NCBI GenBank assembly: GCA_965648935.1
Contig: CBFGIY010000025.1
Location: 1-28,781 of the forward strand
Direction: 5' to 3'
Origin: a candidate division WOR-3 bacterium
GTDB lineage: Bacteria > Hydrothermota > Tepidihabitantia > Tepidihabitantales > Tepidihabitantaceae
Length of the DNA: 28,781 bases
Shown here: positions 17,178 through 25,038 of the stretch, one piece after another
Layout: each line of letters begins with the position of its first letter
How positions within the stretch are numbered: position 1 is the first letter of the stretch
Notes under the pieces: model-generated
What the model was told of the DNA's origin: nothing
Databases searched by the model: none
The model's input: the letters and a program-made list of their open reading frames with translations, nothing else
Position numbers and translations under genes: made by a program

Positions 17178-17222
17178 GGAGCTTCGACGGATTCCACCGA
17201 CCGTGTGTTCTGGAGGTGCTCG

Positions 17223-18677
17223 ATGCGGAGAATGACCGCTCTGGCCGCGTTGGCCCTGGTGCCGGCGCTGGCCCTGGCCCAGGCCTATGACGGGCTGACG
17301 CTTTTCAACCCGATGAACAGCCGCACGGCCCGGCTCATCAACAACAGCGGCCAGACCGTGAACTCGTGGACCTGCACCGCGAACCCGGCCTACATGAGTT
17401 ACCTGATGCCGGACAGCACGATGTGGCGGCCCGCGGTGTACTCGGGCGCGACGATGCGCGGCGCGGCCTACGGCGGGCTCATCGAGCAGTATTCGTGGGA
17501 CGGCGTGGTCGTCGAGAGCTTCCTGTGGTCCAATGCCTATCACCAGCAGCATCACGATATCCAGCCGATGCCCAACGGCAACGTGCTCGTGGTATCCTGG
17601 GACCGCAAGACACGGGCCGAGGCCCAGGCCTATGGCCGGGTGAACATAACCGGCGACTTCTGGCCGGACGAGATAATCGAATACGACCCGAGAGGCGACA
17701 GCGTGGTCTGGGAGTGGCATCTCTGGGACCACCTGATACAGGACGTTGACCCGCAGAAGCCCAACTACGGCGTGGTGCGCGACCATCCCGAGCGGATCGA
17801 CATCAACCTCGGCACGGTGGTGGGCGGCGACTGGACCCACTTCAACGCCGTGGACTACAATGAGGAAGAGGACCTCATCGTGTTCTGCTCGCACAACCTG
17901 CACGAGGTCTATGTCATCGACCATTCGACAACGACCGAGGAGGCGCGGGGTTCGACCGGCGGGCGCCACGGCAAGGGCGGCGACATCCTCTGGCGCTGGG
18001 GCAATCCGCAGAACTACCGGCGCGGCACTTCGGCCGACCGCGTGTTCTATGTCGTGCACGGCGCGAACTGGATAAGGCCGGGGCTGGAGGGCGCGGGCAA
18101 CATTCTCATCTTCAACAACGGCGACCGGCCGGGCACGGCCAACGACTACTCGACCGTGCTGGAGCTGGCGCCGCCGCGCGACTCGGCCGGCGGGTTCTAC
18201 ATCCACCCGGACTCGGCGTTCGGGCCGACCGCGCCGGTCTGGTATTACCAGAACCCGGGCGTGTTTTTCGCCAACCACCTGAGCGGCGCGTTCCGGATGC
18301 CCAACGGCAACACCTTCATGATCGAGGGCACGAGCGGCCGCATCACCGAGGTGACGCGCGCGGGCCAGGTCGTCTGGCAGTACAACATCGGGTCGCAGAC
18401 CGGCCGCGCCATCAAGTACCCGCGCGAGTTTCACACCGGGGCCAGCGAGCAGCCGAACGCGCGTGTTCTTGAGCGCCGGCTGCTCGGAGCTACGGTCGCG
18501 CGCGGCGTGCTGCGGCTTTCCTCTGACGGTGGTGAGCGCGGCGCCGCGCTGCTCGATGCCGCGGGGCGGCGGGTGATGAGCCTGCGGGCCGGGGATAACG
18601 ACGTGGCGCGGCTCGCGCCGGGCGTGTATTTCGTGCAGGGCGGGGCGATGCTTGAACGCGTCGTGCTCGCCCGCTAG
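17223..18677 (+). CDS. Aryl-sulfate sulfotransferase (ASST)-family beta-propeller, paralog 2
   Basis: RBS GGAGGT plus ATG 17223; collinear with paralog 1 (QHHD, DWTHFN, WRWGNP); shorter C-terminal tail. Confidence 0.88.
   Translation: MRRMTALAALALVPALALAQAYDGLTLFNPMNSRTARLINNSGQTVNSWTCTANPAYMSYLMPDSTMWRPAVYSGATMRGAAYGGLIEQYSWDGVVVESFLWSNAYHQQHHDIQPMPNGNVLVVSWDRKTRAEAQAYGRVNITGDFWPDEIIEYDPRGDSVVWEWHLWDHLIQDVDPQKPNYGVVRDHPERIDINLGTVVGGDWTHFNAVDYNEEEDLIVFCSHNLHEVYVIDHSTTTEEARGSTGGRHGKGGDILWRWGNPQNYRRGTSADRVFYVVHGANWIRPGLEGAGNILIFNNGDRPGTANDYSTVLELAPPRDSAGGFYIHPDSAFGPTAPVWYYQNPGVFFANHLSGAFRMPNGNTFMIEGTSGRITEVTRAGQVVWQYNIGSQTGRAIKYPREFHTGASEQPNARVLERRLLGATVARGVLRLSSDGGERGAALLDAAGRRVMSLRAGDNDVARLAPGVYFVQGGAMLERVVLAR
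18548..18594 (+). repeat. 47-bp exact repeat (second copy at 20108-20154) encoding a shared C-terminal tail
   Basis: GCTGCTCGATGCCGCGGGGCGGCGGGTGATGAGCCTGCGGGCCGGGG is identical in both genes. Confidence 0.9.
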
Positions 18678-18686
18678 GAGGCAGAG

Positions 18687-20240
18687 ATGGCAAAGGGAAT
18701 GAGCCTGACCGTGCTGCTGCTGGCCGCGGCGGTCGCAGCCGGGCAGTCGTGGGTCGCGCGCTATGACGGGCCGGCCGGCGACGAGGACGAGGCACGCGCA
18801 ATCGCAGTCGAGGCTTCGGGCGCGGTCGCTGTGACCGGGACAAGCTGGGGCGGGCCAACGGCCAACGACATCGCCACGGTGAAGTACGACGCGGCCGGGG
18901 CCGAGCAGTGGGCCGCGCGCTACAATGGGCCGGCCGGGGGCAGCGACGAGGGCCGCGCGGTCGTGGTCGATGCCGCGGGTAACGTGTTTGTCACCGGCGG
19001 CAGCGCCGGGCCCGACCTGATGACTGACGCTCTCACAGTGAGCTATGATGCGGGCGGGGGCGAGCAGTGGGCCGCGCGCTATGACGGCGCGCAGCGGGGC
19101 AACGACTTCGGTCTGGCCATAGCGCTTGTCCCGGACGGCGTGGTCACGGCCGGGTACACCGGCGGCGACACGATGGGCTGGGACTTTCTCACGCTGAAGT
19201 ACGACGCGGGCGGGGGCGAGCAGTGGGCCGCGGTGTTCCCGGCGGGCGACGAGGATTACGCCGTGACGGTCGCGGTTGACCGCAGTGGCGACATCTACGT
19301 CGCGGGCAACAGCGGCAGTCCGTACACGCTCTCCTGGGACTATGTGCTGGTCAAGTACGAGGGCGGCACGGGCGAGACATTGTGGACGCGGCGCTACAAC
19401 GGTCCGGCCGACGAGAGCGACGAGGTCTGCGCGGTCGCGGTGGACCCGGAAGGCAACGTCATCGTTACCGGTTCGAGCGCGGACCCCACCACCAACCTCG
19501 ACTTCACGACCATCAAGTACAGCGCGACCGGTGAGATGCTCTGGCTGCGGCGCTACGATGGGCCGGCCCAGAGCGCGGACCGGGCATACGCGCTGGCCGT
19601 GGACGAGGCGGGCAACGTCCACGTCGCCGGCTCAAGCCCGGGTGCCGGCACCGACGCCGACTACGCGGTCGTGAAGTATTCCCCGGACGGCACGCAGCAG
19701 TGGGTCGCGCGCTACGACGGGCCGGTCTCGGGGTTCGACGAGGCGCGCTCGGTCGCGGTCGACCGCGCGGGCAACGTGTTTGTCACCGGCTCGAGCGCAG
19801 GCTCGGGCACGCGCTCGGACTACGCGACCGTGAAGTACTCACCGACCGGCGCGGAGTTGTGGGTCGAGCGCTATGACGGACCGGCGAGCCGGGCCGACGG
19901 CGCCGCGGCCATCGCGCTGGACGGGGCCGGGAACCCGTGCGTGACCGGCTGGAGCGCGGGCTCGGGCACCGGGCTGGACTACGCGACCGTGCGCTACCCG
20001 GCCTCGGGAGTCGCCGAAACGCACGCAGCCCCGGGCTTCCTGCCTCAAGCCGGGCCGAGTGTGGTGCGCGGCGCGGTCGTTCTCAGCGGACCCGAGTCCC
20101 GCGCCGAGCTGCTCGATGCCGCGGGGCGGCGGGTGATGAGCCTGCGGGCCGGGGCAAACGACGTGTCACGTCTCGCGCGCGGGGTCTACTTCCTGCGGGG
20201 CGGGCGCGGAATACAGGCCCGCGTCGTGCTCGTCGACTAG
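18687..20240 (+). CDS. Secreted SBBP-repeat beta-propeller protein
   Basis: About 8 repeats of WxxRYDGPxxxxDEARxxAVDxxGNVFVTGxS...DYATVKY; signal peptide; C-terminal tail. Confidence 0.88.
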   Translation: MAKGMSLTVLLLAAAVAAGQSWVARYDGPAGDEDEARAIAVEASGAVAVTGTSWGGPTANDIATVKYDAAGAEQWAARYNGPAGGSDEGRAVVVDAAGNVFVTGGSAGPDLMTDALTVSYDAGGGEQWAARYDGAQRGNDFGLAIALVPDGVVTAGYTGGDTMGWDFLTLKYDAGGGEQWAAVFPAGDEDYAVTVAVDRSGDIYVAGNSGSPYTLSWDYVLVKYEGGTGETLWTRRYNGPADESDEVCAVAVDPEGNVIVTGSSADPTTNLDFTTIKYSATGEMLWLRRYDGPAQSADRAYALAVDEAGNVHVAGSSPGAGTDADYAVVKYSPDGTQQWVARYDGPVSGFDEARSVAVDRAGNVFVTGSSAGSGTRSDYATVKYSPTGAELWVERYDGPASRADGAAAIALDGAGNPCVTGWSAGSGTGLDYATVRYPASGVAETHAAPGFLPQAGPSVVRGAVVLSGPESRAELLDAAGRRVMSLRAGANDVSRLARGVYFLRGGRGIQARVVLVD

Positions 20241-20293
20241 GTTTGGGCACCACCGCGGCAGAGAGCGCAACCGGCGCGGCAGGCGTGCCGGTG

Positions 20294-21115
20294 ATGCGCA
20301 CGCCGGGCCGGCTGGAGTACAAGTTCGTCGTGCCCAAGTCGCAGCTCTCGGATTTGCGCGCGGCGCTGCGGCCCTATGTCTGCTACGATTCGTTCTGCGC
20401 CGCGCGCGCGCCGCAGGAGTACACGGTGCGCAGCATCTACTACGACACGCGGCGGCTGGCCTGCTACTTCGAGAAGGTTGACGGGTTCCGCCTGAAGAAG
20501 AAGCTGCGCATCCGCGGCTACAACACGCCGACCCCGGACAGCCTCGTGTTCCTGGAAATCAAGAGCAAGCGCGAGGACTTCATCTCCAAGAGCCGCGCGC
20601 CGCTGCGCTTCAGCGAGCTGCCCGCGGTGTTCGCCGGGTACGACCGGGGCACGCGGCTGCCGTTCGCGCCCGGCTCGAAAGAGGCCGAGGCGGCGGGCCG
20701 GTTCTTCTACAACTACCACCGCCGGCTGATGCTGCCCGCGGTGCTGGTCGCCTACGAGCGCGAGGCTTTCTACGGCCGGTTCGACCCGCTGCTGCGGCTG
20801 ACTTTCGACCGCAACGTGCGCAGCCGGCTGTACCCCGAGCTTGCCTCGCTCTACGAAGACCGCGAGATGGCGTTCCTGACGCCGGGACACTTCATCTTCG
20901 AAGTGAAGTTCTACCTGCGCCTGCCGCAGTGGGTGCGTCATGTAGTGCGCGAGTTCGACCTGACCCGGCAGGCGTTTTCCAAGTTCGCAACCGGCATCGA
21001 GGTTCACCGCCGCGAGAAGCGGGCCCTGCTCGGCGTCGGGCACCGGATGGAGTTCGCGCCAAACGGCAGCGCCGCAGGGGCAATCAATCGAGAAAGGACA
21101 CAATGGAAGCACTGA
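20294..21115 (+). CDS. VTC-domain (polyphosphate polymerase / TTM fold) protein
   Basis: RLEYKF, YTVRSIYYDT, KKKLRIRGY, FLEIKSK, VAYEREAF, RLTFDRNV, FEVKF, FSKF. Confidence 0.92.
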   Translation: MRTPGRLEYKFVVPKSQLSDLRAALRPYVCYDSFCAARAPQEYTVRSIYYDTRRLACYFEKVDGFRLKKKLRIRGYNTPTPDSLVFLEIKSKREDFISKSRAPLRFSELPAVFAGYDRGTRLPFAPGSKEAEAAGRFFYNYHRRLMLPAVLVAYEREAFYGRFDPLLRLTFDRNVRSRLYPELASLYEDREMAFLTPGHFIFEVKFYLRLPQWVRHVVREFDLTRQAFSKFATGIEVHRREKRALLGVGHRMEFAPNGSAAGAINRERTQWKH

Positions 21116-21786
21116 GAGGACTGGCGCAGGAACTGCAGCTTCTGCCCGTGAGCGGGCCGACCGTGCTGGTCAGGGTGGCGATGGCCTTTCTCTGCGGCTT
21201 CGCCGTCGCCTGGCTTTACCGGCGCACCTACCGCGGGCCGGGCTACTCGGTCGGCTACACCAACACGCTGATACTGCTGTCGATGGCGACCGCGGTCGTG
21301 ATAATGGTCATCGGCAACAACCTCGCGCGCGCGTTCGGGCTGGTCGGCGCGCTGTCGGTCGTGCGGTTCCGCCACGCCGTGAAGAACACGCAGGACATCG
21401 TCTACGTGTTTCTCGCGCTGGGCGTGGGCATGGCCGCGGGCGTCGGGTTCTACACGGTCGCGCTGGTCGGCACCGTGGCCATCGGGCTGGTGATCCTCCT
21501 GCTGTACAAGACGCCTTTCGCCACGCCGCGGCGCGACGACTACCTGCTGCAGTTCAACTACCGCTCGGGCACCGGGCCGCGCCCGGCCTACCAGGACGTG
21601 CTCGACCGCCACTGCGCCAAGCTGACCCCGGTCAACGTCCGGTCCCTGGGCGACACCCAGCTCATCGAGCTGTCTTTCTACGTGCGGCTGAAGCACAAGG
21701 ACAAGGGCGAGGAGCTTATCGCCGAGCTGAACAGGACCCCGGGCGTGGAATACGTCAACCTCTTCTTTGACGAGGAGCAGATCTAG
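21103..21786 (+). CDS. DUF4956 membrane protein (MgtC-like TM domain plus ACT-like domain)
   Basis: RBS GAAAGGA plus ATG; VIMVIGNNLARAFGLVGALSVVRFR...DIVYVF...GMAAGVG. Confidence 0.92.
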   Translation: MEALRGLAQELQLLPVSGPTVLVRVAMAFLCGFAVAWLYRRTYRGPGYSVGYTNTLILLSMATAVVIMVIGNNLARAFGLVGALSVVRFRHAVKNTQDIVYVFLALGVGMAAGVGFYTVALVGTVAIGLVILLLYKTPFATPRRDDYLLQFNYRSGTGPRPAYQDVLDRHCAKLTPVNVRSLGDTQLIELSFYVRLKHKDKGEELIAELNRTPGVEYVNLFFDEEQI

Positions 21787-21807
21787 CGCGGCGCTCTTGC
21801 GCAAATG

Positions 21808-21838
21808 GTGCGGGGCAGGGCCATGCCCTGCCCCGCAC
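21808..21838. terminator. Hairpin between convergent genes
   Basis: GTGCGGGGCAGGGC-CAT-GCCCTGCCCCGCAC. Confidence 0.7.
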
Positions 21839-21854
21839 TGCTGCGCCCCGGCTT

Positions 21855-22931
21855 TCAGGGCAATGCCAGGAAGCCGTTGTTGATGACACCGTCCACGAAG
21901 TTCTCGTTGATGCTCGAAACCGCGTCGTTGATCTGGGACGGGTCGCCCGGCCCGCCGCCGAGAATCAGGTTCGCTTCGTCAAGCACCTGCTGGACGGTCC
22001 AGCCGAAGTAGGGGCTGGACATGTCGGCCACGACGAGGTCCTTCAGATTCACCGGCGACGCGCCGAAGTTCGGGTCATAGAGGTCAAACCCGACGCTCAG
22101 GCTGAGCGCGACCGTCTGCCCGGCCAGCACCGTAATCATCTGGGTCGGGTTGACCCAGTTCTGCGTGAGCGGAGCCGGGGCGCTGCCGTCGGGAAGGTAG
22201 TCGGTCACGGCCTGCGCCGAGGTCAGGCTCAGCGTGAAACCGCCGCCGACCACCAGGCCGGCCGGGAATGCGCTCGCGAAGTTCGCGTGCAGGTACGCGC
22301 CGGGGTTGCTGCCGCGCGGCACCGAGCCCCATCCGCCCTGGGTCTGGGTGCGGAACTGGCCGATCAGCGGGTCGTTATTCGGACCGCACGGCTGGACCGT
22401 GTACTTGAAGTACATCGCCCAGTTGCGGCCGGGGAACCCGGGGCCCTGACCCCAGCCGGTCTCGCGCTGCAGGACATTCCCGTACTGGTCAACGCGGTTG
22501 ACCACGGCGTGGGCCGCGATGTAGAGCTCGGTCCCGGGCGGCCAGGCGCCGAGCGGTATCGTGTAGGTGTAGGTCGTCACCATCGGGTCGTGGTCCATGC
22601 CGTAATCAAACCTGCCGGGCACGGGGTTGCCGTTGCGTTGCGGTATGCCGGCAAGCGAAGTCGCGACGTGGACGTGGGTTTCAGAGAGCTTCCAGTTGCC
22701 GGTCGTGGTGAACGTCACATAGAGGTTGGTCGCGTCGTTGCCCACGGTCACCGAGCCGACCTCGATGTGCTGGCCGGCGATGAGCTTGACCTCCTGCGTG
22801 ATGCCGCAGTAGGGCAGGCCGGCCGGGTCGATGTTTGTCTCGGACGGTGTCAGAAAACGGTCACAGCCGACCACCAGCATCGCGGCGGCAGCGACCATCA
22901 GAACGGGTTTAGCCAGGTAACGGCGATTCAT
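21855..22931 (-). CDS. Two-domain lipoprotein of unknown function
   Basis: RBS GGAGG plus ATG 22931, lipobox VVGC; domain 1 LIAGQHIEVG...ETHVHV...YIAAHA...WAMYF; domain 2 FRTQTQGGWG...INENFVDG. Confidence 0.82.
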   Translation of the reverse strand: MNRRYLAKPVLMVAAAAMLVVGCDRFLTPSETNIDPAGLPYCGITQEVKLIAGQHIEVGSVTVGNDATNLYVTFTTTGNWKLSETHVHVATSLAGIPQRNGNPVPGRFDYGMDHDPMVTTYTYTIPLGAWPPGTELYIAAHAVVNRVDQYGNVLQRETGWGQGPGFPGRNWAMYFKYTVQPCGPNNDPLIGQFRTQTQGGWGSVPRGSNPGAYLHANFASAFPAGLVVGGGFTLSLTSAQAVTDYLPDGSAPAPLTQNWVNPTQMITVLAGQTVALSLSVGFDLYDPNFGASPVNLKDLVVADMSSPYFGWTVQQVLDEANLILGGGPGDPSQINDAVSSINENFVDGVINNGFLALP

Positions 22932-23177
22932 TTCAATCCTCCAGGTTCGTGCCGGGCTTTCTTGCAGCCCCGCGCTTCTCGGTCCCGCGCGCCTGAGGAC
23001 AGAAGGGCTATCCCTCCCGCCGCCAGGCCGATGCCTATAGACGCGGAATGGCGCGGCAGGATTCAGGGTAAATGCGACGTGAAGCCGGGACTTGGCAGGC
23101 AGGGCAGAACGGACTAGTATTGGGCCGAAAGAGCAATGACGAGTCCGGGCAACGCAAACCACAGCGGGAGGACACCA

Positions 23178-23810
23178 ATGAATCGCTACGCCAGATTGCT
23201 GGCAGTCGTGCTGGCCGCGGCCGCGCTCGGCGGCTGTTACAAACGCGTGCTGATGGCGCCGGCCGTGGACCTGCAGTCCAACGAGGTCATCGGCATCGTC
23301 GAGTTCCGGATGGACGAACAGGGCGGGCTCGCGCCCTTCGCGACCCGGCGGTTCCTGCAGGCCATCACCCGGGACCAGCCCGGTATCCAGATAGTTGAAC
23401 TGGGCAAGGAAAGCGACGTGCTGCGCGCGGTCGGGCACAGCGCGATGACGCCCGACGCCATCAAGGCCATCGGCGAGAAGTACGGCCTGCGCACGCTCAT
23501 CACCGGCACCATCGACATATCGGACGTGAACCCGCGCTTCTCGTTCGGGTTCGGGTTTCCCCACGTCTCGGCCTCGGCCGAGGTCGACGCGACCCTGAGC
23601 GCGCGGCTGGTCAGGACCGCCAACGCCGCGACGATCTGGACCGGCACCGGCACGGACCAGCGCACTATCGGCCAGGTCACGGTGGCCAAGGACTTTCTCA
23701 GCTTTGACGCCGAAGACCCGGAACGCGCCTACGGCGAGCTGGTGAAGAATCTGGTTGTCCGCTCCACGCGCGACTTCCGGCGCAGGTGGAAGTGCGTCAG
23801 GACGAGATAG
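23178..23810 (+). CDS. Lipoprotein, CsgG/LpoB/TolB-N-like fold
   Basis: RBS GGAGG plus ATG, lipobox LGGC, IGIVEF, IKAIGEKYGLRTLITGTI, LSARLVRTANAATIW. Promoter-like TTGGCA-N17-TAGTAT (23092-23120). Confidence 0.75.
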   Translation: MNRYARLLAVVLAAAALGGCYKRVLMAPAVDLQSNEVIGIVEFRMDEQGGLAPFATRRFLQAITRDQPGIQIVELGKESDVLRAVGHSAMTPDAIKAIGEKYGLRTLITGTIDISDVNPRFSFGFGFPHVSASAEVDATLSARLVRTANAATIWTGTGTDQRTIGQVTVAKDFLSFDAEDPERAYGELVKNLVVRSTRDFRRRWKCVRTR

Positions 23811-23868
23811 GAGAGGGACGAGGGGTCAGGGGCGAGGGGCCGGGGACAGGCCCGGCGCGCAGCCCGCA

Positions 23869-23984
23869 GGGCGGCCCGGGGAGCAGGCGAGGGTTTTGAC
23901 GGGTATTCGCCTAACCGGCCGTGCCCGGTGGGCTTGAGTAGCGGAACCTCGAAGTCATTTCCTGTAACATATCTTACAGCAGGG
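23869..23984 (+). repeat. Non-coding element, copy 2, with core ATTTCCTGTAA-CATATC-TTACAGCAGGG (23957-23984)
   Basis: Direct repeat of 914-1029 at a constant offset of 22,955 bp. Confidence 0.9.
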
Positions 23985-24026
23985 AGCCGGCTGGAGCAGG
24001 GTCCCCTTGAAGAAGGCGCCCTGCGC

Positions 24027-24055
24027 TTGACCGGTCGCGCGGCCGGGCATAGACT
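24027..24055 (+). promoter_or_regulatory. Sigma70-like promoter, probably giving a leaderless mRNA
   Basis: TTGACC-N17-TAGACT, then 6 nt to GTG 24062 with no RBS. Confidence 0.6.
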
Positions 24056-24061
24056 GGCCCC

Positions 24062-24403
24062 GTGAAGATCGTCCGCGAGCCGATGCCGCTTGCCGAGCTG
24101 TCGGCGATGGCCGAGGCGACGTTCGGCGACTTCGTGAAGGCGGTCGTCGATGTCGGGCGTGGCGTGATGGCGGTCGATGCCGCCCTTCACTCGGACGAGG
24201 AGCAGGCGCTGCTTGAGGACGGCGCGAGGCAGGACGACCTTTGGGGCGTGAACCTGTACCCGGGAGTCGCGGGCGACGACTGGGTCGAGTTCGACTCGAT
24301 GATCAACGTGCGGCCGTGGCAGGGCAACCGCGGCCGGGGCGTGAGCAGCCCAGAGGCGCGCGCCGCCATCGTTGCGGTGCTGGGGCGACTGGTCAGTCGA
24401 TGA
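24062..24403 (+). CDS. DUF5674 family protein
   Basis: FGDFVKAVVDV...MAVDAALHSDEEQALLEDG.RQDDLWGVNLYP...EFDSMINVRPWQGNR. Confidence 0.85.
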   Translation: MKIVREPMPLAELSAMAEATFGDFVKAVVDVGRGVMAVDAALHSDEEQALLEDGARQDDLWGVNLYPGVAGDDWVEFDSMINVRPWQGNRGRGVSSPEARAAIVAVLGRLVSR

Positions 24404-24747
24404 GCTACGTCCACAAGGAGCTGGCCGCCGGGCGGTGGTTCGAGCTGACTTTCTTCGAGCAGATGGGCAATGCGGGCAGCGAGGTCGAGCGGGCCATCAA
24501 CTGGCGCGCGCGGGGCGATGAAGAGCGCGCCAACCGGGCGTTCGAGCGGGCGCTGGAGCTGGTGCACCTGACCAAGCTCGACCCGCGCAACCGGGGTCGA
24601 CTGCGCGAGCTCTGCCGGGTCAGCGAGGCGCTGGCCGACTATTTCCTGGGCGACAACCAGTTCGGGTCGAGCGACGAGTCGTGGCGCCGATACTTCCACG
24701 CGTTCGCCTACGCGGCCCGGCGGCAGCGACCCAGCGCAGGCGCCTGA
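24400..24747 (+). CDS. Small helical protein coupled to DUF5674
   Basis: ATGA overlap; HKELAAGRWFELTFFEQMGNAGSEVERA...ERALEL...LRELCRVSEALADYF. Confidence 0.82.
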   Translation: MSYVHKELAAGRWFELTFFEQMGNAGSEVERAINWRARGDEERANRAFERALELVHLTKLDPRNRGRLRELCRVSEALADYFLGDNQFGSSDESWRRYFHAFAYAARRQRPSAGA

Positions 24748-25038
24748 CCGGCTGACGGGCCGGGCTATGCCGGCGCTGACGCGACTCGGCAGGCCAGACC
24801 GCAGGCTGGCCCAAGCCTTCGTCGATGAGCCCGACGGTGCGGGCCGTTCAGGTAGTTTGCTCAGGTGCGGACAACCTCTGTAGACCGGACGCGGCTTGGG
24901 ACGAAGCTATGACCAGTGCAGCATTGTTACTGCTGAGGCCCAAGCAGTCGCTGGACTAGGGCAATCAACCCCCAGTGCACCAAGTCGTCCCGAGGGAATG
25001 AGGCGCGTTGCCGTTGGATGCAGGGTCCTGACTCAGCT

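Noticed and set aside
16626..19622. 998-aa minus-strand ORF, and similar long antisense ORFs (685..1869, 8327..9262, 13632..14756, 20237..21112)
   Set aside because: Shadow frames of well-supported genes in high-GC DNA; no recognisable motifs.
18750..20000. CRISPR-like periodic repeats
   Set aside because: In-frame degenerate SBBP coding repeats; no constant repeat-spacer array or cas genes in the window.
22932..23564. N-terminal extension of the 569-aa minus-strand ORF
   Set aside because: Overlaps the divergent lipoprotein gene; RBS and lipobox place the start at 22931.
914..23984. Calling the 23-kb interval a prophage or ICE
   Set aside because: No integrase, replication, packaging or conjugation genes, and mostly host-like genes; kept only as a hypothesis under the repeat finding.
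24748..25038. Short ORFs between the DUF5674 pair and the large gene
   Set aside because: No RBS, motifs or coding bias I can support.
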